DNA from: Curvularia clavata
Taxonomy: Eukaryota
Length of the DNA stretch: 64,000 nucleotides
Assembly (NCBI GenBank): GCA_023920165.1
Contig: CP089274.1
Coordinates: forward strand, 4,030,001-4,094,000
Reading direction: 5' to 3'
This document shows, one piece after another, positions 51,081 through 61,401 of the stretch. How positions within the stretch are numbered: the first letter of the stretch is position 1; every line of letters starts with the position of its first letter. Under the pieces are notes generated by a model, which saw only the letters and a list, made by a program, of their open reading frames with translations, made no database searches and was not told the origin of the DNA. A program made the position numbers and the translations under genes.

Positions 51081-52090
51081 ATGATTGACGGCAACACGGC
51101 TGCTGGCCTCCTCCGCGATTTGCAGAAACTAGACGAAGCGGGACGCGACCGTATACTGAACCTTCTCCCACCCGAAAATGTGAAAGAGATTCTCAAAGCG
51201 TCTCTTCGGGAGCTAAGAAGGACTGCAAGTGAGTTGAAAATCAGTTCATTCAAACCTAAGCTAAATTCTAGCAAGCAGACAGCACTATATCGCAGGATCA
51301 GCGGCACGGAGCCGTGCATCGTGAAACCACGCGCGCCACTGGTGTAAAGCATGGCACTGAAACGGCACTTGAGCAGAATAGCAGCTCGGAAAAGCGAGGT
51401 AGGACTATCACGATTCTTCGGTACCGCAAGCGACTCAGGGCCGAGGAAAAACATCGACCGAATCAAGCAGCTATTGGGAATGAGATTATTGAAATCGAGA
51501 GCGACGAAGAGAATGACTCAACCGAGAAGCTGAGCAGAGATGATAAAATGAGTATTCTTCCAAACGAGCATATTCGACGAAGATCCTCGAGACATGCCAG
51601 CGGTGTTTCTGGACCAACTGAGTCTCGAGACCTGCGGCCAAAGACACTACCAATATTTGTATATGATGGACTAGGGGCCTCTGTGACGATTGGCTGTCTT
51701 CCTGTGCATGTTCGGAACGAACTCAAGCGTCGTTTCGACAATATATGGTCAGCAGACCAGCGCACGATCGATCAATACGCAGCATACACTCGGAACCCTG
51801 AAAAACACAGAGGCCAATTCCGATGCATTCGTAATATGCTGGAACGTGATAGCCGTGCAGAAGGCAAAGTCTCCATACGAGACGTAGGGCCTTACAAAAG
51901 CGCGGATAAGAAGTGTGTTGATGCTGGTTATCCTTGCGCACGTTTTTCGTGGGCTGAAGATGAAGAGCCGCCATTTATCATCTGCATCGTTCCTCTGCCA
52001 AGCGAGAAACGTAAGGGCAAGTCTTGGGATGAACTTGGCTACTGGATCCTTCCCGAGGCGGATGCGACTAAAATTACTACAGCTTGTTAG
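51081..52090 (+). CDS. Hypothetical protein (exons 51081-51228, 51279-52090; 5' end uncertain)
   Basis: GTGAGT...CAG intron joins two ORFs in frame; protein-like C-terminal domain (CIVPLP...WDELGYWI); no family recognised. Confidence 0.65.
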
Positions 52091-52391
52091 TTAAAGGTTG
52101 TAAGGGGTAGTCTTTGAACCAATCTTCGGGCTGGTGCAAGGTCAAGGATGCATATGCACGCTTGTGGTAGAGGCATGGCAAATGTTTCTGACTATAAGGA
52201 AGAGGACATACTCATGATGCCGCAACATCCAGAGCGAAACCAAGGACAAAGAGGCGTATAATAGTCGAAGTTGACTTACAATGGCCCATCATAGTCGCAA
52301 ATGCAGGGCAGCCATTAGTTGCTGAATGCCATAGCAGTTAGATCTCCTGCAAGTCGTATATGTCTGTGGTGAATCCGTCACTCACGTCCCT

Positions 52392-53066
52392 TCAATCACT
52401 GTCCACGAGAAGCCATTTGCCGCTCCAGATACCCTCCGTCTTGACACCAGGACAGTTGTGATCGCAACCAGTCGGCTTAGTGAAATCGTACTGCTCCCAC
52501 GTAATGATCTCTCCCACCGGCTCATCTGCCATGATGACATCCTCTTCCTTGTTGTCGGTTTGTGGACCTGGCATAGCAGCAGTGGGGACAACAGGCTCGG
52601 GTACTTGAACGTTAGCCTTCGCGCTATTCTCTTCTTTCTTCGCCTGTGTGGCCTCGTTCTGGCCCGCCTCCGTGCCAACTGCTACGCCGACCTTCTTGAA
52701 CCTGCTTCCTGCTGCGCCGGCCGCGGCGCCACCTCCAATTTTGGTGAACCGACTTCCAACGCCCACCATCTTGTTCGCGTTCTGAACATCAATACTGCGC
52801 ATATCCGCGCCTTGCTTTGGTTTGGCGCTGCCCTCACCCTCGTTGGCGGTCAGCTTCTTCATGTTGGCAAGGCGCTCGCGATGGTTGTGGTCGTAGGATC
52901 GAAGGTGGTTTTCATATTCGAGTTGGCGAGAGTATCCTTTGTCGCATAGTGTGCAGTTGAACATACGAACGGAATTTGGGTGGGGATTGTTTCGCTGCAA
53001 GAAGTAGTTAGAACATGTATACAACTATAGTGAGCCAGGATATGGGATAAGACATACAGGAGGCAT
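52392..53066 (-). CDS. Single C2H2 (jaz-type) zinc-finger protein (exons 53066-53058, 52994-52392)
   Basis: FNCTLCDKGY...YENHLRSYDHNH; 9-nt first coding exon (MPP) followed by a canonical intron. Confidence 0.85.
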
Positions 53067-53387
53067 TGTGGTGATCCTGGTGAAACCTCCTTAGTGCGTT
53101 AGCTTTCAGAGCAATTGCTTTGCTGAAAACACGAAGCGGTTCGGTAAGGCTGGGGGTCCAGTGAGGCTGGGGAGTCGAGTCCAAAGTGATGGAGACCTTT
53201 GGCGATGCGGCTCAAATGCGCGCGCCGCGGCAGTCGCCCACTTGCACAGACCCACCCAAGGGTTCCACCCACGAATCAACGTCATCCCAATCTGAGCCAA
53301 CGAAGCAATTCCCCATCCTAATGCATTTCCCCATACTTCTTAAACATCGGCCACACGCACTCGTCTTGCACAATTAATACGCCAAAA

Positions 53388-54402
53388 ATGGAGGTCAATA
53401 CCGACCTGCCCTTCGACGATGAGGGCAGCGTCATTGGTCTCACCGAAGTCGATCCCTCGCCCGTCGACACACCACCAGAGTACCAATTAAAGAGCTATTT
53501 CCCCGACCAAGAGCGACCCGAGGGGGGCGAGACAGAGGAAATGAGGGGCATAAGACGGATGAACACCCTGGGTCTGAGGTTGGGTGAAAGAGGGCCTGCG
53601 TGGTGGCGTACGTCGTCCGCAAATACTCTTTCTTCATGAAACCACGTGCTGATGTACCGGTGTTATAGTTCTCCGCATTCAGAAATACTCATCCTATACG
53701 TTCGCCGTATTCGCCACCCTCCACATAACAAATGTCTCCATAATACCCCTGGCTACCCGCTCTGTCATCGAAAGTAACCGTTACCTGCTTCTCACCCGTC
53801 CATACTACCAGTCTGCTCTTACGGAACCACTGCTTGTCGGTATCCCCTTGGTCGCTCACATCACGTCCGGAATTGCGCTGCGGCTCTGGAGGAGACGGCA
53901 AGCGCTGCTGCGATATGGTGCCGAGACACGAAGGGATAAGCGGACGATTCCTTGGCCAGTGCTAAGTGGGACAAGTGCATTGGGATATGCATTGGTGCCT
54001 TTAGCTGGATTTCACATTTGGACAACAAGAATACTGCCACTCTATGCACATGGCGACTCTTCACTCATCAGCCTCAACTATATCTCTCATGGATTTGCGC
54101 TGTTTCCTGGGGTTTCCTTTGCCGGCTTCACAGCCCTTGCGAGTGTTGGCGTGTGGCATTTTGTTTGGGGCGCCGCCAAGTGGCTGGGTTTCGCGCCGAG
54201 TCAAGTCAAAACTACAGAGGAGAACAGGGCATTGGTGAGGAAGAGGAGATGGTATGCCATCAATGGAATTAGTGCCGCCTTGACGGCGCTATGGTTGGGA
54301 GGAAGTCTTGATGTTGTGGGAAGAGAGGGAGCTATGCCAGGATGGGTGGGCAAGGAGTACGATGAACTGTACAGGTACCTTCCAGTTATTGGAAAGTGGT
54401 AA
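53388..54402 (+). CDS. MCP1/DUF1691-like membrane protein (exons 53388-53607, 53669-54402)
   Basis: RIQKYSSYTF...LHITN, LLLTRPYYQ, AHITSGIALR; several TM segments. Confidence 0.8.
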
Positions 54403-54555
54403 GTGACAGGAGATATGGAGGATGGCAAAGGGGAACGCGCGCGTATTGCATTGTACTATACCCCTCCTCTGATACATAGTGAACGAAAGTACTGATTTCC
54501 ACGCTGGTACCACGGATTTGGCTCGTATCTCATTGTGCTGCACGGATAAATTCAG

Positions 54556-56757
54556 ATGTCGCTTCATCACCTACAACACGAGGCTGAGAGGTTACCCCAG
54601 AACAGCGAAGCGCCCTCGGAAGGTCTTGAGCCAATCGAGTCAAGCCACATACAGTCACGTGCCTACATACATATATACTGTCCCGCTTCAAGCCTTGGTC
54701 ATCTCTTAAAGACAATCTTGATAAAACTATCTGTTGCATTTCTCTCTCTTCTACACCTAGCCACACTTAGTGCTGTCCCAATCGCTACTGGTAGGTGGCC
54801 AGTTACCTTACAGCGAGGCTGAGAGCGAAACCCCACAGCTGGCAGCAGCACTTCGAGCTCTTCATATCTCAGTTATGAACGCTCATCGGGCTGCTCCCAA
54901 CGGTAATCAAAATTTTATTTTGACAATCCGGTGCGATCATATTGGTCAGACACGATTTGACCAGGATGAGTGGTTGAGCCCAGCTCAAGTGACTGATAAA
55001 CTTCCCGGCTACCTTAGCAGCGGGTTGAAGCTAGTATGGGTACACTTGTATGGCAATGATGTGAGCATCTTTCATCGCTGATGGCTTTCATGATACTGAC
55101 GATCCTGTTGCCGAATCACTTTGAGGTACTTATGTCACGGTATATTCGGCTACCAAAACTAACGCTGAGAAGTCTCTCCTAAGTCTAACCCGTACGCCAA
55201 ATCACGATAAATTGATACGCTCGTTTCAAGATCTCCTCGATCCTATGGATCAGCAAGCGCTTGATGCAGAACGTCGTAATAGCGGAGAGCCCGTATTCAG
55301 GTCTGATTTTTTCTATGATAGTTCTGGGCCTGGAAGTGTAGCATTTGTAAGATGCGTCTTATGCTCCTTAGTAAACATGATGACTGACAAAACCAACCAG
55401 ATGCCCGTCGCGCAGTATCGATGCTTAGATCAAAACCAAGGGGTAGCGGCTACTGAGCAAGTCGTAGACATAGCCAGGCGATTGAAAGACGGTAATTTCA
55501 AGGAAGTGCCTATAAAGGACCAGTTATGGGCAGTAAATGGCGAAAGTACTAACCAAGTGAATATTGTGTAAGGATGCGACTGATCGTCTACAGACCTTGT
55601 TTTGACGAGCACTCCTTCTCCTAGGAAACATGATGTTTTTCGTCGCCTCTTCGACGATATCCGTAACAGACGCACCCCTACTCCAACTCAAGGTTCGCCA
55701 CTAGGTTCTGCCGCCCTATTCAGCTTGGTCCTTTCCAAATGCATGCGCAGTCAGTCTGACTTCCTGGAAGCCTCACAGACTGTAGTAAATGAAGCTGTGC
55801 GTACAAAGGACTTGTTCTATTACTGTATGCTAATGCGTTGATCGTAGTCAACTGGAGGGGTGACTGCCTTCAACGAATTGCACGAGCAGCTCAAAAAGCT
55901 TCCAGAACCTGAGAAAAGTGAATACGATAGTGACTTGAGACAGTTGATTGACAAGCTTATAAGAATTCAAGACGAAATTCGGTGGCTCAATATCATTTCC
56001 ACTGTATCGCGAAATATTGTCATCTTTCTCGATGCATGTTCTAAGCAGCAGACTGTAAAACGGGGTCTGATGAACGCGAACATCTCTCATATCATGCATG
56101 ATATTCATTTATATGAATCTCAGCTACGAGTTTGGGATCGAGCCATAATTGATCAATTAAACATCATGAGACAGTTGAATGACTCCCAAATCCCCAATGT
56201 GCAGGCGCAAGTACGGAATCGTCAACAACAACCTTTTCAAGAGCACAGCTGACATATGCTTCAGATAAAGGATCTCTTTGAATTTAAACAATCCCTTTCC
56301 AACGTCCTCAGCAGTCAATTCCAACTACGCCAAGCGGATGCTTCGACACGATCGGGAAACATCATCATGTACTTTACTATGATGACAATTCTCTTCGTAA
56401 GTCTTCTCTAGATTATTCACACCTAATCAAACCAATAAGAATCTCCAGTCCTCCCTCTCCTTCATGGCCGCCTTCTTCGCCCTCAACATCCGCTCTTTTC
56501 CTCGCAACGACCAAGGAGACGTCGAACTCTCCATGAGCTACGTAGCCTCACGAATAGGCAAGTATATCCACACAGCAGAAATGCGTACACCAGCGAATAA
56601 TCCAGCTAACAGTATAATAGTCGCTTGGTCAATCGCCATCGCAGCGCCCTTCTGGCTCCTAGCCGCATTCCTCAACCCAATGGCTGATTTCCTCGATTGG
56701 CTCCTACCTGGCTGGCTGTCCCCGGAAAAGGTTTCAAGTAATGCAGGAAATCCGTAG
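54556..56757 (+). CDS. CorA-like two-TM domain protein without ankyrin repeats, about 9-10 exons; 5' end uncertain, possibly partly decayed
   Basis: Exons about 54771-55060, (55111-55125), 55173-55346, 55401-55545, 55594-55796, 55848-56210, 56265-56396, 56449-56557, 56621-56757 splice in frame; motifs WVHLYGND, F|MPV, DQLW, IQDEIRWL, IMYFTMMTILF|SSLSFMAAFFALNI. Confidence 0.72.
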
Positions 56758-57276
56758 ACTCACTGAGAGGGGTGATTAGCCGTCAGGGTTGTGTCTTCAC
56801 CCAGATTCCCAGCCCAACCAGGCAATGGCCCAAATCGCCCCAAAACCACTTACTACGAATATGAGTTACATGTAGCAAACACTGAACGCACTACTTTCCA
56901 AAAATCCAAGGTAGAGATATAAGCTAAAAAGAAGTACATGACCTTTTCTTGGAAATCTATAAATAAGACATTAGTGATGCAAAGACCCAACCATCGTTGC
57001 TACAATTGCTACCATATGCGCATTCTTACCCTGCCGAAGCAACTACAACCAGATGAAATGTGGGAAAAGAAAGTGAACGTCAGACTTCTTCATGAACTGA
57101 GAAATCGTACTGGAGACAAAAAGAAATATTAAGGAGTGTCGTATCTACCGTACATACAGTACATGCATCCAAAACTCGTTACCACTTGTCTATTCCCTGC
57201 TAGCCCACTCCTACACAATCGTCCATCCACGCTCACACCTCTCCAGATCTCTTCCTGCCCCCCAGTCAAACACTAC

Positions 57277-58230
57277 TCAATTCCCCTGCCAATCCTCCAC
57301 TAAAGCCCTATGATGCAAACTCCAATTTTCCAACAACAATCTATCCGGATCATCAGCATTATACCACTCCTCTTCATTCTCAGCGCCGTCATTCAAAGCC
57401 TTATTCCAGATCCCAGCGCTATCCCGCCGGTTCGACCGCTTATTCCCGCTTGTTTCGTTTTGCTGTTGGTCTTCAAGCAGATGTTCCTCAGTGCTAGGAA
57501 TGCTGTTGCGCCAGTGAACAGTGAGAGAACGCCTCTTGCGTTTGGCGGAGGTGGTTGTGGCTTGTGTAGTGTCGCGCGGGATGTTGAGGCTGGAATTACG
57601 TGGGGAAGGGGTAGGACGGGGTGGTGTTGGGGGAGTGGTAGGAGTGGTGGGCTGTATGCTGGGCGAAGCGGTGATGGGAGGAGAATCGGGTTTTGGGGTG
57701 GGGCGGAAACAGAAGATGCTGGATAGGCTTCTGCTACCGGCTCTTTGGTTATTGGACCTTCTGTTCTTTGGAGAGGTTTGGGAGCCATCTGTTCTCTGAG
57801 ACCGCCGAAAGGAGAATTTGTGTGTGCTGTTAGGTGTCCGGGGTGGTGGGTCGTTGGACGCATCGATGAACTTTCCGAGCCAGTTGCGCAACCATGTCGG
57901 CTTTTTAGCTGTCTCGTGCTCGTTTGTTGAATTCTTCGTTGGTGAATGAGTTTGGGTAGCGTCTTGTGTGTTCAGTGTTGTTTCCATGCCTGCTTCGACT
58001 TGCCGTTCATTCGTGGGGTTTATCGCCTCACCACCACGCCTCCTTCTCTTGCGAAGAGTGTTCCTCTTTGAAGGTGGTTCCCTTGCTGGTATAGATACCT
58101 CTTGTGGTGTACTTGGTGACTGATCAATCACAGGGTTGGCACGCCCTTGTAAACGCTGAGGGACAAGGCTAATCGAATTTTGTCTGATTTCCTGTTCAAG
58201 CTGACGTTCCCGTCTACATGGGGTGCACAT
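57277..58230 (-). CDS. Hypothetical Pro/Ser/Arg-rich disordered protein (probably has an upstream exon)
   Basis: 317-codon ORF preceded by a branch point, pyrimidine tract and TAG near 58240-58257; no recognised domain. Confidence 0.55.
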   Translation of the reverse strand: MCTPCRRERQLEQEIRQNSISLVPQRLQGRANPVIDQSPSTPQEVSIPAREPPSKRNTLRKRRRRGGEAINPTNERQVEAGMETTLNTQDATQTHSPTKNSTNEHETAKKPTWLRNWLGKFIDASNDPPPRTPNSTHKFSFRRSQRTDGSQTSPKNRRSNNQRAGSRSLSSIFCFRPTPKPDSPPITASPSIQPTTPTTPPTPPRPTPSPRNSSLNIPRDTTQATTTSAKRKRRSLTVHWRNSIPSTEEHLLEDQQQNETSGNKRSNRRDSAGIWNKALNDGAENEEEWYNADDPDRLLLENWSLHHRALVEDWQGN

Positions 58231-59160
58231 TTTTCCGACCTAGAAAAAAAAGTTAGTATGTGTTCTAGGTTCTCTTGATCGACGTCGGCAAAAGTGAAAG
58301 TGGGTAGGTGCAAGCATTTGCGTCTATGGCAATGATGCATTATCAAAGAATATGGCTAGATTACCATTGAGATAGGAACTTGTAACTCACATGCTCCATG
58401 CGAGTCTTCATACAAACAGTCCAAGAGAATTGCAGCTATGAGAAACTGCGGACACAGTGCACTGCGAAAGCAAAACGGGAGTCGAGCAGGAGTTGCTATA
58501 CCTGGGACAGGCTACCTATTGCCCCATCTCGGTCATTTGACAGACTCTTGGTAACGTGAGCGGGGTGACTACAAAGGTTTGGTACAGAAGGAACTGAAGG
58601 TGCATGTAAATGTCATCAAAGACACAGAATGATGTGTGATAAGGGCAGGGCGATTGGATCGTCCCGTCATCGCCAACCAGTGTTCGGTTTCTAATCGTGA
58701 GCGTCACGTCGAGTGGACAGATCAGTCGAGGAAGGAGCGACTGCGATTCAGCATGTGAGGCAGGACAAACACCACCGACACAGCCATCACAGTCTAACAT
58801 AGAACACGAGGATTCGTTAAAGCTGAGCAGTCAAAGATCTCCCGTGAGCTAGTGATATCATACACATCATACAACACAATACTCGTATCAAGCGGAGCTA
58901 GTCAAAAAATTGCCCATCCACCAAATGTCGCACCACATAAAACAATAACCGCCGGTAAACAAGCGCAAGAACGGGTCACTGCGAGGTCTCATAGCGCAGC
59001 TAGAAGGGTATCCAAAAACGAAACAAAACAAAAAAACCAACTCGCCCAAGCTCAAATCCAGACCGCTTGCTTGCCCGTCGTCGCCATAATCATGAGTATT
59101 CGTGAAAACTTAGTAATAAATGCCCTGCCACACAAAAAGGTCAGGAACGGTTCATACATT

Positions 59161-60714
59161 TCACTCGCGCAACAAGCCACCAATGCCGAGACCTACACCT
59201 TGATCGAGGCGTCCGCGCTTCGGCGGACTAGTCTGGTTGCGCAGATCTGCTGTTGACGGCATGCGGCCTCTCTTGAGTTCGTGTGCGCGTGTTAGGCCAT
59301 GGCCCTTTTTGACTTGGCCAAAAATCTTGCTCTGAACAAGATTTGATTGGGAGGGCGGTGCGGACATGATGCCCTTCGCCGGGGGAGCTTTTTGCAGTAA
59401 GCTCCTAGCCATCTGGCTGGCTTGAGACTCTGGTACTTGATCATCTTCCCGGTCTGTGAATGCTTCCTCTTCGTCAATGCTGGAAGCAGTAATGGTGGAG
59501 TTGCTGCTCTGGCGCCGAATATTTTCTGGCTTCTGCTGGTAGTGCGCTGGCGGCGCTGATTGAGGGATGCTGGTTGGCATGAAGAGCGGCGGTGTGCGAG
59601 GTACCTCGGCTTGTGGGTAAGCAGCTCTCAGGTTGGGCGTGTGAGGTAGGGATGACATAGATTGTGCACCTCGCTGATGACTGAAGCGTGCCCTTGGCGC
59701 CTGTATTCTGTTAGGAGTCGAAGGAGCGGTGGAGACGTCTTGGCTGAGCATCTTATCGGCCAGCAAAAGAGCCTCAAAGTTACTCTGGCTCCTGCTTTGC
59801 TGAGAAAGCGGAGGAGGCGGAACACGATTAATGCGGCTTCTTGGGGTTGGCTGAGCCGGTGTGCCAAAGGTAGATCGCGGTGACGATTGCTCAATCTGCT
59901 CGAGGAGGGGCGCAATATGGTCGCGGTTATTCCGGATCCTCGTCTTCAGCCTATCGTTTTCTTCGATGAGGCTTGCAAGCTCGCCTTCACGGTGCTCGGT
60001 CACACGTTTTTGCTGCTCCAACATCTCTCGAAGCTCGTCATTCTCGCTCTGCAGCATTTGGTTCTGACGGCTCAGTTCAGATAGCATGACAGCGTTGGCC
60101 GCATTGGCCGAGTCCTGGTACGTCGGCTCTGGAGCAGCTGTTGTGGCACGGCGTTTTTCCTCGGCTTGCTGCAGGACGTCAAGTTCCCGCTGGACCATGG
60201 CTAGCTCGACGGCCATACGGCTTGCAGATTCTTGGCTTTCCATGACCGCCATGTTGTGTTGCAGCTTGTAGTGGGCCGCAGACAGGCGCATGTCGCGCAG
60301 CGCGTTGGATAGGGTGTTCACCATGACTCTCAGTTCCTCGGCTGAAGCTGCGTTTACCTGGTCCTGAGGGTACAGTCCCGCGCCCATGTCGGTCAAGGCG
60401 GACGGCTGGTCAGGCAGCTTACTCGTCGGCGGAGGCGAAGTGAGCTGGGGAGTGGGGGGAGAAGGCGTGCGCATGACGGGGCGAGCAGCGGGCACCTGGG
60501 AAGAGGGCGGAGGCGTCATGGAAGACGTGGTGCGTGGTGCGGGGGAAGTGAACTTGATGCGGTCTGGCGATGCGGGCTTGGATGTGCTGAGGGGCACGCT
60601 CGACTCGGCCGGCGAAGCTGAGCGGAGCTTGAGGGGAGCGTCAGGCTGCGCGGGCTCGGTGGTAGGCATCAGTGTGTCCTGAGGCAGCTGGTGCTGCGGT
60701 TGTTGGGGCTCCAT
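59161..60714 (-). CDS. Fungal hypothetical protein with central coiled coil
   Basis: 517-codon intronless ORF; Pro/Ser-rich ends, heptad region (AAHYKLQHN...LIEENDRLKTRIRNNRDH), C-terminal GVGLGI. Confidence 0.85.
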   Translation of the reverse strand: MEPQQPQHQLPQDTLMPTTEPAQPDAPLKLRSASPAESSVPLSTSKPASPDRIKFTSPAPRTTSSMTPPPSSQVPAARPVMRTPSPPTPQLTSPPPTSKLPDQPSALTDMGAGLYPQDQVNAASAEELRVMVNTLSNALRDMRLSAAHYKLQHNMAVMESQESASRMAVELAMVQRELDVLQQAEEKRRATTAAPEPTYQDSANAANAVMLSELSRQNQMLQSENDELREMLEQQKRVTEHREGELASLIEENDRLKTRIRNNRDHIAPLLEQIEQSSPRSTFGTPAQPTPRSRINRVPPPPLSQQSRSQSNFEALLLADKMLSQDVSTAPSTPNRIQAPRARFSHQRGAQSMSSLPHTPNLRAAYPQAEVPRTPPLFMPTSIPQSAPPAHYQQKPENIRRQSSNSTITASSIDEEEAFTDREDDQVPESQASQMARSLLQKAPPAKGIMSAPPSQSNLVQSKIFGQVKKGHGLTRAHELKRGRMPSTADLRNQTSPPKRGRLDQGVGLGIGGLLRE

Positions 60715-61401
60715 TCTCAGTGGAGATGCTGTACAATGGGCCGCAACGAGACGCGATTCGGCAGCGCAGATTGGGAGAAGAGGATAGCAGCGTCAGAAGG
60801 CGCTTTGTCCAGGCACAGGAGAGGGATGAAGAAGACCAATGCACGGCGGCGCGGTGTTGTCGTGTCGCCAGAGGACTCGGTCAACGCCCGTGCGAGGCGA
60901 CGAGTACAAAATAGGCGGTGGCAGGGGTGCGCGTCGATGCGCGTTTCGCAGAGCGGGGTCGCAAGAGACAAAGCAACGCAAAGGGCGGCCAACAGGGCGT
61001 GAGTAGCGGAAGCTCGCGGTGGCGGCCGACGATGGCGACGTAATGCGTGGAGGTGGAGAGAGGAATAAGCAACGCGGCGGAGACGGCGTGGAGGGCGTGC
61101 GGAGGGTCGTCGTGGTAGCAGCGTGGGCCTGATGCTCAGTGCGAGCATCGGCGCTAGGCCCAATCGAGCAGCATCACGATAAAGCAGTGGCAACAAGGTG
61201 TCGGCTGGGCAACCGTCGCCCTCCCGTTCACGCTCAGACTGGCTGCTGCTCCCGACGCGGACAATTGCTCCTCGCCAGAAGCAATCTGTCCTGGGCCAGA
61301 AGACCCTCGATCCTATTCTCGGTTGGGCGTGCGTTTTAGCCTTCGCTGTTCGCATGAACGCCCTCCTGGCTCTTAGGCGTGACATCCTGTAGCGCGACAC
61401 C

